DNA from: an uncultured Oscillospiraceae bacterium
Lineage (GTDB): Bacteria; Bacillota; Clostridia; Christensenellales; CAG-138
Length of the DNA: 64,000 nucleotides
Assembly (NCBI GenBank): GCA_964476505.1
Contig: CAYZAW010000003.1
Span: 2,462 to 66,461, forward strand
Direction: 5' to 3'
The notes under the pieces are model-generated. The model searched no databases. It saw only the letters and a list, made by a program, of their open reading frames with translations, and had not been told where the DNA came from. A program made the translations under genes and the position numbers. Positions 10,122 to 20,043 of this stretch are shown here, in pieces. Each line of letters starts with the position of its first letter. The stretch's first letter is position 1.

Positions 10122-11336
10122 CTATTTACCGAATGCGATCTGTACGGTATCTCTGGCGATGGTCATTTCCTCGTCCGTGGGGATCACATACACCTTAACG
10201 CGGCTTGTGGGCTTGGAAAGCTCCGCTTCCTCGCCGCGCGGTACAGACATGTTCTTCTCAAAGTCCACATCCAAGCCAAGGTATTCCATGTCTTTTAAAA
10301 TCATGGCACGCATACCGCGGTCGTTCTCGCCAACGCCCGCCGTGAACACAATGGCATCCACGCCGCCCAGCGTTGCCGCATAAGCACCGATGAACTGCTT
10401 TACTTTATACGCAAACATATCCAGCGCAAGCGCCGCACGCTCGTTGCCTTCCTCGGCAGCCTTGCTCAGATCCCTAAAATCGCTCGATACGCCGGAAACG
10501 CCCAGCATACCGCTCTTTTTGTTCATGTAGGTATCCATTTCCTTGGCGGACATCCCGGTGCGCTCCATCAAGAACGGGAGTATCGCAGGATCGATGCTGC
10601 CGCAGCGGGTACCCATCGGCACGCCCTCTAACGGCGTTAAGCCCATGGAGGTATCCGCACATTTGCCGCCCTTTACGGCAGACAGGCTGGAGCCGTTGCC
10701 AAGGTGGCAGGTAATTACGCGGGTGTCTTCCTTCTTCATGCCAAGCGCCATGAGCTTTTTGACCGCGCAGCCCGCAACATAGCGATGCGAGGTGCCGTGG
10801 AAGCCGTAACGGCGGACTCCGTATTTCTCGTATGCCTCATAGGGGAGCGCATACATAAACGCTTTTTTCTCCATGGACTGGCCCCACGCAGTATCAAACA
10901 CGGCAACCATGGGAACGCCGGGCATTACTTCCATGCATCCGCGAATGCCCATCAGGTTTGCGGGGTTATGCAGCGGCCCTAGCGGGATACATTCCTCAAT
11001 CGTGCTTAGCACCTGCTCGTTAATTAAAACCGGCTCGCTGTATTTCTCGCCGCCATGCAGTGCACGATGCCCAACAGCTGCGATCTCGCTCATGCTTTTG
11101 ATCACGCCCACCTCGGGGTCGATCAGCTTGTCCAGCACCAGACGGATGGCGTCTGCATGGTTGTCCATGGGCTTTTTGTACTCATGGGAGTCACGGCCTG
11201 TGGGCTTATAGGTCAGCATGGAGCCTTCAATACCGATGCGCTCCACCAAGCCCTTTGCGATCACCTGTTCGCCGTCGGTATCGATCAGCTGATATTTGAG
11301 CGAGCTGCTGCCCGCGTTTACGACCAGAATATTCAT
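10122..11336 (-). CDS. ackA: acetate kinase
   Basis: 404 aa. MNILVVNAGSSSLKYQL N-terminus and GFHGTSH motif. Confidence 0.95.
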   Translation of the reverse strand: MNILVVNAGSSSLKYQLIDTDGEQVIAKGLVERIGIEGSMLTYKPTGRDSHEYKKPMDNHADAIRLVLDKLIDPEVGVIKSMSEIAAVGHRALHGGEKYSEPVLINEQVLSTIEECIPLGPLHNPANLMGIRGCMEVMPGVPMVAVFDTAWGQSMEKKAFMYALPYEAYEKYGVRRYGFHGTSHRYVAGCAVKKLMALGMKKEDTRVITCHLGNGSSLSAVKGGKCADTSMGLTPLEGVPMGTRCGSIDPAILPFLMERTGMSAKEMDTYMNKKSGMLGVSGVSSDFRDLSKAAEEGNERAALALDMFAYKVKQFIGAYAATLGGVDAIVFTAGVGENDRGMRAMILKDMEYLGLDVDFEKNMSVPRGEEAELSKPTSRVKVYVIPTDEEMTIARDTVQIAFGK

Positions 11337-11354
11337 GATACGTTCCTCCTGCTG

Positions 11355-12353
11355 TTATGCGTTTTGCGCCTGTACGGCGGTGATGGCAACGACGCTTACG
11401 ATATCCTCCACGGAGCAGCCGCGGGACAGGTCGTTGATGGGGCGTGCAAAGCCTTGGCAGATGGGGCCGATAGCCTCCGCGCCCGCCAAGCGCTGTACCA
11501 GCTTATATCCAATATTGCCCGCTTGCAGGTCGGGAAATACCAACACATTGGCTTTTCCCGCAACGGGGCTGCCGGGGGACTTTAACTGGCCGACCTTTTC
11601 TACTAAAGCGGCGTCTGCCTGCAGCTCGCCGTCTACGTTCAATTCCGGCGCAAGCTCTTTGACCAGCGCTGTTGCCTGAGCGACTTTATCTACCAAGTCG
11701 TGCTTGGCGCTGCCCTTGGTGGAGAAGGAAAGCATGGCAACTCTGGGCTCCATGCCGCAAAGCGCCTTTGCGGATTCCGCAGAGGAAACGGCGATTGCCG
11801 CCAATTGCTCGGCAGTGGGGTTGGGGTTGACCGCGCAGTCCGCAAACACCAGCACGCCGTTATCGCCAAAGGCCTTGTTGGGAACCTCCATTACAAAGCA
11901 GCTGGACACCACAGAGATGCCCTTTGCCATTTTAACGATCTGCAGACCCGGACGAAGCGTATCGCCTGTGGTGCAAAGTGCGCCCGCCACCATGCCGTCC
12001 GCCTTTTGCTCCTTGACCATCATCGCTGCAAAGAACAGCGGGTTCTTCATGGTAACGGCAGCCTTTTCGGGGGTCACGCCCTTTTCCTTGCGCATTTCGT
12101 AGAACTTATCCGTATACGCCGCAAGCTCCGGCGCTTTTTCGGGATCTACGATGCCGATGCCGTCTAAAGAAACGCCCAGCTTTTTAGCGGAAGCCTTGAT
12201 TTCATCCTCGTTTCCCAAAAGCGTTACGTCCGCAATGCCCTCGCGCACAATGATCGCCGCCGCCTGCACGGTGCGTTCTTCCGGCCCTTCCGGCAGCAGA
12301 ACATGCTTTTTGCAGGTTTTTGCCTTTGCTTTGATTTGATCGATGATCGCCAT
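11355..12353 (-). CDS. pta: phosphate acetyltransferase
   Basis: 332 aa, a short Firmicute-type Pta (VLLPEGxEER.., SRGCSVEDI). Upstream of ackA. Confidence 0.93.
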   Translation of the reverse strand: MAIIDQIKAKAKTCKKHVLLPEGPEERTVQAAAIIVREGIADVTLLGNEDEIKASAKKLGVSLDGIGIVDPEKAPELAAYTDKFYEMRKEKGVTPEKAAVTMKNPLFFAAMMVKEQKADGMVAGALCTTGDTLRPGLQIVKMAKGISVVSSCFVMEVPNKAFGDNGVLVFADCAVNPNPTAEQLAAIAVSSAESAKALCGMEPRVAMLSFSTKGSAKHDLVDKVAQATALVKELAPELNVDGELQADAALVEKVGQLKSPGSPVAGKANVLVFPDLQAGNIGYKLVQRLAGAEAIGPICQGFARPINDLSRGCSVEDIVSVVAITAVQAQNA

Positions 12354-12415
12354 AATAGAATTGCTCCTTCCATATCTTAAGCTTCACAGCCTGCGCTGTG
12401 TAAAAAACCTTGTAG

Positions 12416-12424
12416 ATTATATCA
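12416..12424 (-). promoter_or_regulatory. extended -10 element (TGA-TATAAT) upstream of pta
   Basis: Minus strand reads TTTTTGTGATATAATC, about 60 nt before the pta ATG. The -35 region is poor (TATCAC). Confidence 0.4.
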
Positions 12425-12536
12425 CAAAAAGCAGGAACGTGATATGCATTCTCGCCAATTTTGGAAAATTCCCTGATTTTTACCCGTGAGTATGATACTA
12501 TCGAAGAAACATCCAAGAAACAGGGAGGAAACGGCG

Positions 12537-13736
12537 GTGCGAACGGCTGGAATCGTTGCGGAATACAATCCGCTCCATAACGGGCATGTGCATCATATAG
12601 AAGCATGCAGGGAAGCCTGCAAGGCGGATTATATCATCGCCGTGATGAGCGGGGATTTTGTGCAGCGGGGAGAGCCCGCCGTTACGGATAAATTCACCCG
12701 CGCCCAATGGGCGCTTTCCGCCGGAGTTGACGTGGTGCTGGAGCTGCCCACCGCCTACGCCGTAGGCAGCGCGGAGCGCTTTTCCCAAGGCGCGGTTGCC
12801 GTGCTGGCAGGAACCGGTGTTTTAAACGCCCTGTGCTTTGGCAGCGAGGTCGAATCCGTACCGCAGCTAACGGAAGCCGCCGCGTTGCTGGACGATGCGC
12901 CGATACAATATCAGGCAGCGCTTCGTCAGCATTTGGCGCTTGGAAAATCCTATCCCCGCGCCCGGTTCGATGCATTGCAGGCCTGCGGTGCACCTGCCGA
13001 GGTGCTTCGCGTGCTGCAATCCCCCAACGCCGTGCTAGGCATGGAATACATCCGCGCGCTTCGAAGGTTTGCGCCGGAGGCTGCCGCCGTGCCTATTCCC
13101 CGCATCGGCGAACACGATGCAGACAACAGCAGCGGCTTTCAAAGCGCCGCCGCCATCCGGGAGGCACTTCTCTCGGGCGCTTCGGCACTGGAGCTGGACC
13201 TGCCGCCCTGTACCGCCGCCGCCTTTGCGTTTTCCAATACGCCGCCCGTAACGTTACAGGACGCCGAGCAGTTGATACTATACGCGCTTCGCCGTATGGA
13301 CGGGGTGGCGCTTCGTGCGCTGCCGGATGTGCAGGAGGGCTTTGAAAACGTGATTCTCCGTGCGGCGCGGCAGTGCGGCACACTGGACGAGCTGTTGACC
13401 GTTCTAAAAAGCAAGCGTTATACCATGGCGCGGTGCAAGCGCATCCTGATTGCCGCGCTGTTGGGCATAGAACAACCCCTCTTGGAAGCCGCCAAGCCGG
13501 AGGACGCCGCCTATCTTAGAGTGCTGGCCTTCAAAACAAGCGCAAGGCCGTTATTGGCCGCCATCCAAAAGCGGCGCACCCTTCCGATGCTGCTTCGCGC
13601 GGCGGATATAAAGGCGCTGACCGCACCGGCACGGGCGTTGGTGGAGCTGGATGTTCGCGCCCATGATATTTACAATCTCATTTCTAAAAAGCGTGCCCCC
13701 CGTGACTTTTCCGCGCCGCCCGTCACCATGGAATAA
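12537..13736 (+). CDS. tmcAL: tRNA(Met) cytidine acetate ligase (TmcAL/YlbM-type nucleotidyltransferase)
   Basis: ORF track starts it at 12486. I prefer the GTG at 12537, which is preceded by GGGAGGAA plus 6 nt and gives (M)RTAGIVAEYNPLHNGHVHHI, the usual family N-terminus. Confidence 0.8.
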   Translation: MRTAGIVAEYNPLHNGHVHHIEACREACKADYIIAVMSGDFVQRGEPAVTDKFTRAQWALSAGVDVVLELPTAYAVGSAERFSQGAVAVLAGTGVLNALCFGSEVESVPQLTEAAALLDDAPIQYQAALRQHLALGKSYPRARFDALQACGAPAEVLRVLQSPNAVLGMEYIRALRRFAPEAAAVPIPRIGEHDADNSSGFQSAAAIREALLSGASALELDLPPCTAAAFAFSNTPPVTLQDAEQLILYALRRMDGVALRALPDVQEGFENVILRAARQCGTLDELLTVLKSKRYTMARCKRILIAALLGIEQPLLEAAKPEDAAYLRVLAFKTSARPLLAAIQKRRTLPMLLRAADIKALTAPARALVELDVRAHDIYNLISKKRAPRDFSAPPVTME

Positions 13737-13792
13737 CCGCGCGATTTCTTCATACAAGTAACTATGCGCCATCCGAATAAGGGGTATTATGA

Positions 13793-14893
13793 ATGAAGCA
13801 TGCACCCTCTGTTTTAGGCATTCTTTTTTGTATCCTGCTGCTGGTTTTTTCAACACCTGCGGTCTATGCCGCCAGAGAAGGGCTCACATTATGGTGGACG
13901 GTGGTGTTTCCCGCCCTGTTCCCGTTTTTTGTATGCACGGCGCTTTTGCAAAAGTCCGGCATGCTATATAGTGCCGTGGGCGGTGGAACACGAAAGGCGC
14001 GTTCGCATCAAAAAACGCGGTATGCCGTTCCCGTTCTCCTTTTATCCGCCGTATCCGGCTATCCCGGCGCGGCAAAGCTTTGCGCCCTGCTCTATGAGGA
14101 TCATGCCATCTCTTTTTCGGAAGCCGAGCGGCTGACCGTGACCTGCAACCTGTGCAGCCCGATGTTTCTCTTAGGAGCGCTTTGCACGGGGATGCTTGGC
14201 GCACCGTTTCTGTTTCCGCTGACGCTTACAGCCCATTACATAGGGGCGGGCGTTTGTTATGTGCTTTATCCAAAGCTGTTTCCGTTAAACGCCGAATCTA
14301 CGGCGGCACAGTCTGCGCCGTTTACGCCTGTGCCTCTGCTAAGAGCGCTTCCCACGGCGATTGCAGACGGCATGTGGAGTTTATTGAAGGTTTGCGGAAC
14401 CATCGTGTTTTTTATGGTATTGTCCGAATGCTGCGAGGCGCTGGCGGCAAGCGTTTTTCCCGCCGCCGCCGGCTCGCCCGGCTCTGCCTTGTTTCTTGGG
14501 CTGCTGGAAATGACAGGCGGCTGCCACAGGCTGTCCGGCCTTGCGCTGCCGCTTCGCACCGTGACCGCGCTATGCTGCGGACTTATCTCCTTTGGCGGGC
14601 TGTCCGTGCTGATGCAGGTATTGTCCTTTATGAAGCTGGCGCATCCCGGGCGCTATCTATTAACAAAAGCCCTGCACGGGATTCTTTCCGGCCTTTCCTG
14701 CTGGCTGTTGTTTCCGCTGCTGCCGCAAGCTGCCGCCGTGTTTTCCGCCTCTGCTCTCACCATTGACGTAAAAAACACCCTGACGGGCGTATCCTTGCTG
14801 TTTGCCTCCATGCTTTCGTTAGGCGTGGCGCTTTTGCTTTCTGTGTTTGCCTGTGCGCTTATGAAAAAGGGAGCGAAAAAAACACCCGTTTAA
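13793..14893 (+). CDS. ylbJ: sporulation integral membrane protein YlbJ-like (nucleoside-recognition-domain membrane protein)
   Basis: 366 aa and polytopic. N-terminal AREGLTLWWTVVFPALFPFF resembles YlbJ. It follows the ylbM homolog, as in Bacillus. Confidence 0.7.
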   Translation: MKHAPSVLGILFCILLLVFSTPAVYAAREGLTLWWTVVFPALFPFFVCTALLQKSGMLYSAVGGGTRKARSHQKTRYAVPVLLLSAVSGYPGAAKLCALLYEDHAISFSEAERLTVTCNLCSPMFLLGALCTGMLGAPFLFPLTLTAHYIGAGVCYVLYPKLFPLNAESTAAQSAPFTPVPLLRALPTAIADGMWSLLKVCGTIVFFMVLSECCEALAASVFPAAAGSPGSALFLGLLEMTGGCHRLSGLALPLRTVTALCCGLISFGGLSVLMQVLSFMKLAHPGRYLLTKALHGILSGLSCWLLFPLLPQAAAVFSASALTIDVKNTLTGVSLLFASMLSLGVALLLSVFACALMKKGAKKTPV

Positions 14894-14894
14894 A

Positions 14895-16643
14895 TCATGC
14901 CTGACGCATGGCACGTACCGCTGCTTCGTCCGGGGTGATATACAGGGTGCGGTTGGTGGTGTAGATCACCATGCCCGGCTTTGCTCCGGCGGGCTTTTTT
15001 ACATACTTTCTTTGGCAGTAATCCACCGGCACGCCGGAGGAATGCTTGCCCTTGCTATAATAGGCAGCCAGCATTGCCGCCTCCCTCAGCGCCGCCTCCG
15101 ACGGGTCGCCGCCGCATTGGATGATGACATGCGAGCCGGGAATGTTCTTGGTATGCAGCCACATGTCATTGGGTGCGGCAAAGCGCAGGGTAAGCATGTC
15201 GTTTTGCCGGTTGTTCTTCCCCACGTAAATATCCGTGCCGTCCGATGCGATATAGTGCATGGGCTTGGAGGGCGGCAGCTTCGCCTGCTTCTTTTTTCCG
15301 CCTTCCGGCTTGCTGTATCCTTCCGCTTCCAGCTCCTGCCGCAGCTCCAGGAGCTCCGCATCCGTAGCGCATTTGGAAAGGTTATCCACCTGCCCCTCCA
15401 AATACTCGATCTCTTGAAGGGTCTCCTCCTTTTGCTTGGCAGCAAGCACTTTTGCTGCCTTCCCCTTTTGATACTTCTTAAAATACCGTTTGGCGTTTTC
15501 CTGCGGAGACAGCCGCTCGTCCAGCGGAACCACTGTTTCCTCCATAGGGTCTTTATAATAGTTCATCAGCTTGGCATAGCGCACGCCCTTTGGGATGCTG
15601 TGCAGGTTGGCTGTAATCAATTCCCCGTAAAGGCATAACTCGTCCAGCCGATCCTCCGTATGCAGCGTTTCTTCAAAGATCGCCAGCTTTTTTTCACAGC
15701 GCTCGATGTTATTTTGTAAAATACGCAGCAGCGACGCGCTTCTGCGGCGGATGCGCTCCTGCATATCCCGCTCTTTATAATACAGATCCAGCGCTTGAGA
15801 AAGGGTATCCGTTCTTGTAATAGATTCCGGCGGTACAGCGGGCACAAACGGGTATACGGCCACGGTTTCTCCCGCGTCGTTATGCACAAGGCACGAAGAA
15901 AACCTGCCTGCTGCCGCGTCCTGATAAAACGCAAAGAGCGCATTAGCCAGCCGCTGCTTTTCCGGCTCGGACATGGTTTCCCCGTACGCCGCGTCTTTTC
16001 CGACAGCCCGGCTTACAAGCAGCTCCGCGATACCCGGCGCAAGGCCGAAAAAGGCGTTGGAAAGCCGTTTGTTGACCCGCCCCGCGCCGTTGATTGCCTG
16101 ATAAAAATCAGTCGCCTGCACCAGCCGCGGGTCAAGCTTATCCTGCGCGGGCGGCGGCGCGTACGAGGCGCCCGGCAGTAGAATACGCACACTGGACATC
16201 CCCACGCCCACATGCCGCACACAGTCCACCACAGCGCCCGCTTCGTTTACGAATACGAGGTTGGAGTATTTGCCCATCAGCTCCAAATACAGCGAACAGA
16301 CCGCCGCGTCTCCCAAATCATTTACAGTATCCAGCGTGATGCAAAGCACGCGGTCTAAATTGGGCTGGGTAATGGCGGTGATTTTTGCGCCTACAAGGCG
16401 TTTTCGAAGCAGCATGCAAAACGCAGGTGCATTTTGCGGGTTTTCAAATGCCGCCTCTGTTAGCTGCGCACGCCCGTTTTCCGGGTGTGCGGAAAGGAGC
16501 AGCTTATAATTGCTGCCCCCGGATCGTACCGTCAGCAGCAGGAGGTCGCGCTCCGGCTGCTGGATTTTATCGATTTTTCCGCCCACCAGTACCTGCAGCT
16601 CATGCACCGCCGCAAATAAAGACAAGCCGTCCATAGAAGCCAT
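14895..16643 (-). CDS. rqcH: NFACT-family ribosome quality control protein (RqcH / FbpA-like)
   Basis: 582 aa. NFACT-N-like N-terminus (DGLSLFAAVHEL), a coiled-coil middle, and a C-terminal NFACT-R/DUF814 region (WLHTKNIPGSHVII). Confidence 0.85.
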   Translation of the reverse strand: MASMDGLSLFAAVHELQVLVGGKIDKIQQPERDLLLLTVRSGGSNYKLLLSAHPENGRAQLTEAAFENPQNAPAFCMLLRKRLVGAKITAITQPNLDRVLCITLDTVNDLGDAAVCSLYLELMGKYSNLVFVNEAGAVVDCVRHVGVGMSSVRILLPGASYAPPPAQDKLDPRLVQATDFYQAINGAGRVNKRLSNAFFGLAPGIAELLVSRAVGKDAAYGETMSEPEKQRLANALFAFYQDAAAGRFSSCLVHNDAGETVAVYPFVPAVPPESITRTDTLSQALDLYYKERDMQERIRRRSASLLRILQNNIERCEKKLAIFEETLHTEDRLDELCLYGELITANLHSIPKGVRYAKLMNYYKDPMEETVVPLDERLSPQENAKRYFKKYQKGKAAKVLAAKQKEETLQEIEYLEGQVDNLSKCATDAELLELRQELEAEGYSKPEGGKKKQAKLPPSKPMHYIASDGTDIYVGKNNRQNDMLTLRFAAPNDMWLHTKNIPGSHVIIQCGGDPSEAALREAAMLAAYYSKGKHSSGVPVDYCQRKYVKKPAGAKPGMVIYTTNRTLYITPDEAAVRAMRQA

Positions 16644-16650
16644 GTGTTAA

Positions 16651-16950
16651 TTATTCCTTTTCTTCCAAGCGTTTTAATATCAGCCCGTAGCCGTTGGAAC
16701 CGTAGGTCAGCGACCGGTTGACCCGGCTGATGGTCGCTGTGGACGCTCCAAGCTTTTGCGCGATCTCCTGATAGGTCACGCCCTTGTGGAGCATTTTTGC
16801 CACCTCCAACCGCTGGGCAATGGCGCGAAGCTCCGAGATCGTACAAACATCTTCAAAAAAGCGATAACACTCTTCGCTGTCTTCAAGCAACAATATCGCC
16901 TCGAACAGCGCGTCTACATCCTTTGCACGCAGCTTTGATTCGTATGCCAT
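16651..16950 (-). CDS. YerC/YecD family TrpR-related protein
   Basis: 99 aa. The ELRAIAQRLEVAKML..G.TYQEIAQKLGASTATISRV helix-turn-helix is typical of the family. Confidence 0.8.
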   Translation of the reverse strand: MAYESKLRAKDVDALFEAILLLEDSEECYRFFEDVCTISELRAIAQRLEVAKMLHKGVTYQEIAQKLGASTATISRVNRSLTYGSNGYGLILKRLEEKE

Positions 16951-16968
16951 TGCAATACCCCCGTTTCC

Positions 16969-17727
16969 TTATGCTTTTACATAGTTGCGAAGCAGCCCTA
17001 TGCCTTCCACCTCGATATCGATCACGTCTCCCGGCTGCATACCGCTAATACCCGCAGGGGTGCCGGTTGAGATAATGTCGCCCGGCAAAAGCGTCATCAC
17101 GCGGGAAATATAATACACCAGCTCGTCTACGTTGTGCATCAATGTTGCCGTAGAAGCGCTTTGCTTCAATTCTCCGTTTAATCGGGATTCTACTTTTACG
17201 TTAAAGGGATCAAGCTCGGTTTCGATCCACGGGCCGATAGGACAAAATGTATCGTAGCTTTTGCCGCGCGTCCATTGCACGTCACTTTTTTGAATGTCTC
17301 TTGCGGTAACATCGTTCAGGCAGGTATAGCCTAAGACTACATCCCGAAAGCCTCCCATGGGCACGTTGCGGCAGCGGGAGCCTATCACCACAGCAAGCTC
17401 CGCCTCGTAATCCACCCGGTTGCTGTCCGGCGGGTAAATGATATCGTCCAGCATGCCAATGACCGCTGTGGAGGGTTTGATAAACAACAGCGGTCTATCC
17501 GGCACGCCCTCCTGCATTTCCATGGCGTGCGCGTAATAATTCTTTCCGATGCACACGATTTTAGAAGGGGTTACAGGCGCTAAAAGCCGCACATCGTTCA
17601 GGCGGTAATGCGCGTTTATAAGCTGTATTTTTTCAAAGGGTTCGCCTGTAACGGGCTTTATGATATCGCCCTCTATCACAGCGTAGGTAACGCTTCCGTC
17701 CGGCAGCTCGGCGCGACAAATTCTCAT
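16969..17727 (-). CDS. fumarylacetoacetate hydrolase (FAH) family protein
   Basis: 252 aa. DYEAELAVVIG and GDIISTGTPAG motifs. Confidence 0.85.
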   Translation of the reverse strand: MRICRAELPDGSVTYAVIEGDIIKPVTGEPFEKIQLINAHYRLNDVRLLAPVTPSKIVCIGKNYYAHAMEMQEGVPDRPLLFIKPSTAVIGMLDDIIYPPDSNRVDYEAELAVVIGSRCRNVPMGGFRDVVLGYTCLNDVTARDIQKSDVQWTRGKSYDTFCPIGPWIETELDPFNVKVESRLNGELKQSASTATLMHNVDELVYYISRVMTLLPGDIISTGTPAGISGMQPGDVIDIEVEGIGLLRNYVKA

Positions 17728-17766
17728 AATTCTGCCCTCCGTGGATGTTCGTACTTGTTGTTTACC

Positions 17767-17794
17767 ATTTTAGCACGTTACACCGCGAAAGCAA
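17767..17794 (-). promoter_or_regulatory. sigma-A-like promoter upstream of the FAH-family gene
   Basis: Minus strand reads TTGCTT, then a 16-nt spacer, then TGc-TAAAAT (extended -10). Confidence 0.45.
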
Positions 17795-17799
17795 GAGGT

Positions 17800-19323
17800 T
17801 TATTCGTAGCGCTTTGCGTTTTCCGGCGCAGCATCGCCGTTATGCAGCGGTTCAATATGATATTCCGAGATATGCAGCCGCTCCACCGGCCGCACGTATA
17901 TGTTCCGCCCGGGAAACGCAGGCAGCAGCGGAGACTGCGCATCGGAATGATCCTCTATCAGCGCCGCAACATCCGGGTGCACCTCTACCAAATACGACTC
18001 CGCCGCATCCTCATGCAGCCGCCTAAGTATCGCTTTTCGCACCTTTAACACAACGGTTTCCGGGGAAAGCACGCGCCCGTCTCCATGGCAGTAGGGGCAG
18101 GTGGTTTGCAGCATATTGCTGATGCAGTGCCGTGTTTTTTTACGCGTCATCTCCACCAAGCCTAGCTGGGTAATGCCAAGCACGTTGGATTTTGTGCGGT
18201 CGTTCTTCAGTTCGGATTTTAGGGTGTCCAGCACGCGCTCTTTGTCCGCGATATCCTCCATGTCGATAAAGTCGATGATGATGATGCCACTGATATCTCT
18301 TAGCCGAAGCTGCCGCGCGATCTCCCGCGCCGCCTCGCAGTTGGCCTCGGTGATGGTTTCCTGTAAATTATCGGTGCTGCCAACAAAGCGCCCTGTGTTT
18401 ACGTCGATGCTGGTAAGCGCCTCGGTTTGGTCTATCACGATATAGCCGCCGTTTGCCAGCCACACCTTGCGGGACAGCGCCTGATCGATCTTGGTTTCCA
18501 GATCGAACCGATCAAACAGGTCGTCCTCTCCCTGATACAGCACCACCCGATCCCGCAGTTGGGGCGAGGTGATTCCCGCTACGATCTGTACCCGCTCGTA
18601 AAACTCCTGATCGTTGATGGTCAACCGGTCGATCTCCGGCGTAAACAGGTCGCGGATGGTGCGGAACACCAGCGGTTCCTCCGCATGCAGAAGCCTTGGC
18701 GCGGTGACCAGCGTGTTTTTCTTTTTGATGCGCTGCCAAAGGCGCTCTAAGAACACCACGTCCGCTTCAAATTCTTCCTTGCTTTTATGCTCGGCGGCAG
18801 TACGAACGATCAGCCCCATGTCATTGGGCTTGATCTCGTCGATGGCAGAGCGCAGCCGTGCCCGCTCCTCCTCGTCCGCGATCCTTCTGGATACGCCAAC
18901 GTAATTCACGGTAGGCATTAAAACCAACGTTCGCCCGGGCAGCGTGATGTTGGTGGTGACCCGCGCACCCTTGGTGCCAACAGGCTCCTTTACCACCTGC
19001 ACCATGATCTCCTGCCCCTGCTTTACCATGTCCTGAATGTTGGGTGTGGGCAGCCTTAGCTCCGACTTCGCGTCTCCAAACTGAAATTCCGAGCGATCGA
19101 TCTGGATATCCCCGGCGTATAAAAACGCATTGCGCTCCAAGCCGATATCCACAAACGCCGCCTGCATGCCGGGCAGCACGTTTTGCACCTTGCCGCAGTA
19201 GATGTTGCCTACCAGCCGCTCCTTGCCCCGCCGTTCGATATAGATCTCGCTTGGTTTTTCATCCTCCAGAAGAACGACCCGGGTTTGATACGGGTTGATG
19301 TCTACGAGGATCTCCTTTTTCAT
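17800..19323 (-). CDS. rng: Rne/Rng family ribonuclease (RNase G-like)
   Basis: ORF track starts it at 19338. The ATG at 19323 (MKKEILVD...) has GAGGTG 7 nt upstream. S1-like GNIYCGKVQNVLPGMQAAFVDIG and a catalytic core with IIIDFIDM. Confidence 0.88.
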   Translation of the reverse strand: MKKEILVDINPYQTRVVLLEDEKPSEIYIERRGKERLVGNIYCGKVQNVLPGMQAAFVDIGLERNAFLYAGDIQIDRSEFQFGDAKSELRLPTPNIQDMVKQGQEIMVQVVKEPVGTKGARVTTNITLPGRTLVLMPTVNYVGVSRRIADEEERARLRSAIDEIKPNDMGLIVRTAAEHKSKEEFEADVVFLERLWQRIKKKNTLVTAPRLLHAEEPLVFRTIRDLFTPEIDRLTINDQEFYERVQIVAGITSPQLRDRVVLYQGEDDLFDRFDLETKIDQALSRKVWLANGGYIVIDQTEALTSIDVNTGRFVGSTDNLQETITEANCEAAREIARQLRLRDISGIIIIDFIDMEDIADKERVLDTLKSELKNDRTKSNVLGITQLGLVEMTRKKTRHCISNMLQTTCPYCHGDGRVLSPETVVLKVRKAILRRLHEDAAESYLVEVHPDVAALIEDHSDAQSPLLPAFPGRNIYVRPVERLHISEYHIEPLHNGDAAPENAKRYE

Positions 19324-19356
19324 GCTAGAGCACCTCAAATCCTATTGAAAAATATC

Positions 19357-20043
19357 TCACTGCGCCACATTCGGCAGCAGATCCGTTCCGGTAAAGTACA
19401 GATTCGTTCTGTGTACGCTTTGCAGCGTGCCCGTAGTACCGCAGGCGGTAAACAGCGCCTGCATCAACAGCGCAACGTTTAGGCTGCCTTGCGCGTCCGA
19501 TACGCCGGATACACTGAAGCGAAGGTTCTCTCCGTCATTTCCCGGCAGCAGAGCCAGCCCCAATACCAGCGGGCAGATGTCCACATCCCGCATACCCGCC
19601 TTGGTGCGCTTGTTCACGATGATCTGCCCGGAGAGCAGTTGGTTTATCTTTTCCTGTAAAACAGCAGAATCCACAGGTGCATCCGTTACCGCCGTCACCT
19701 CATACACAGCGCTTTTTGTGAGCACCGTAAGGGTAGGAAGCGTTTCCGGCGCTTCCAGCGCGGCAAGTATGGAAAAGCCCTCCGGCAGCACTGCGTTCAT
19801 GCGGGCAGCAAACGCCGCCGGGTCGATCGCCTGCTCCAAGCGTACATCCACCCATTCCGCATCGCTGGTGTACCCAACGGACAGCGCCGAGGCAAAGGAT
19901 AACTGCGGGTGCGGGTTAAAGCCTTGTGAATACGCCACAGGCATGCCCGCCCGGCGAAGGCCTCGCTGCAGCAGCCGCTGGATATCTAAATGAGACAGGA
20001 AGCGCATGGGCTCCCCTTTACGATAATTTGCAAAAATCCGCAT
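19357..20043 (-). CDS. TIGR03936-type radical-SAM-associated protein (DUF2344)
   Basis: The track start at 20055 is a TTG. The ATG at 20043 has GGAG 6 nt upstream and gives MRIFANYRKGEPMRFLSHLD, the usual family N-terminus. It overlaps the end of the upstream radical SAM gene. Confidence 0.75.
   Translation of the reverse strand: MRIFANYRKGEPMRFLSHLDIQRLLQRGLRRAGMPVAYSQGFNPHPQLSFASALSVGYTSDAEWVDVRLEQAIDPAAFAARMNAVLPEGFSILAALEAPETLPTLTVLTKSAVYEVTAVTDAPVDSAVLQEKINQLLSGQIIVNKRTKAGMRDVDICPLVLGLALLPGNDGENLRFSVSGVSDAQGSLNVALLMQALFTACGTTGTLQSVHRTNLYFTGTDLLPNVAQ

Noticed and set aside
12202-12606. 134-aa minus-strand ORF spanning the pta/tmcAL intergenic region
   Set aside because: It overlaps the 5' ends of two well-supported genes and both promoter regions, has no RBS and has an odd composition. 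It is a chance ORF in GC-rich DNA.
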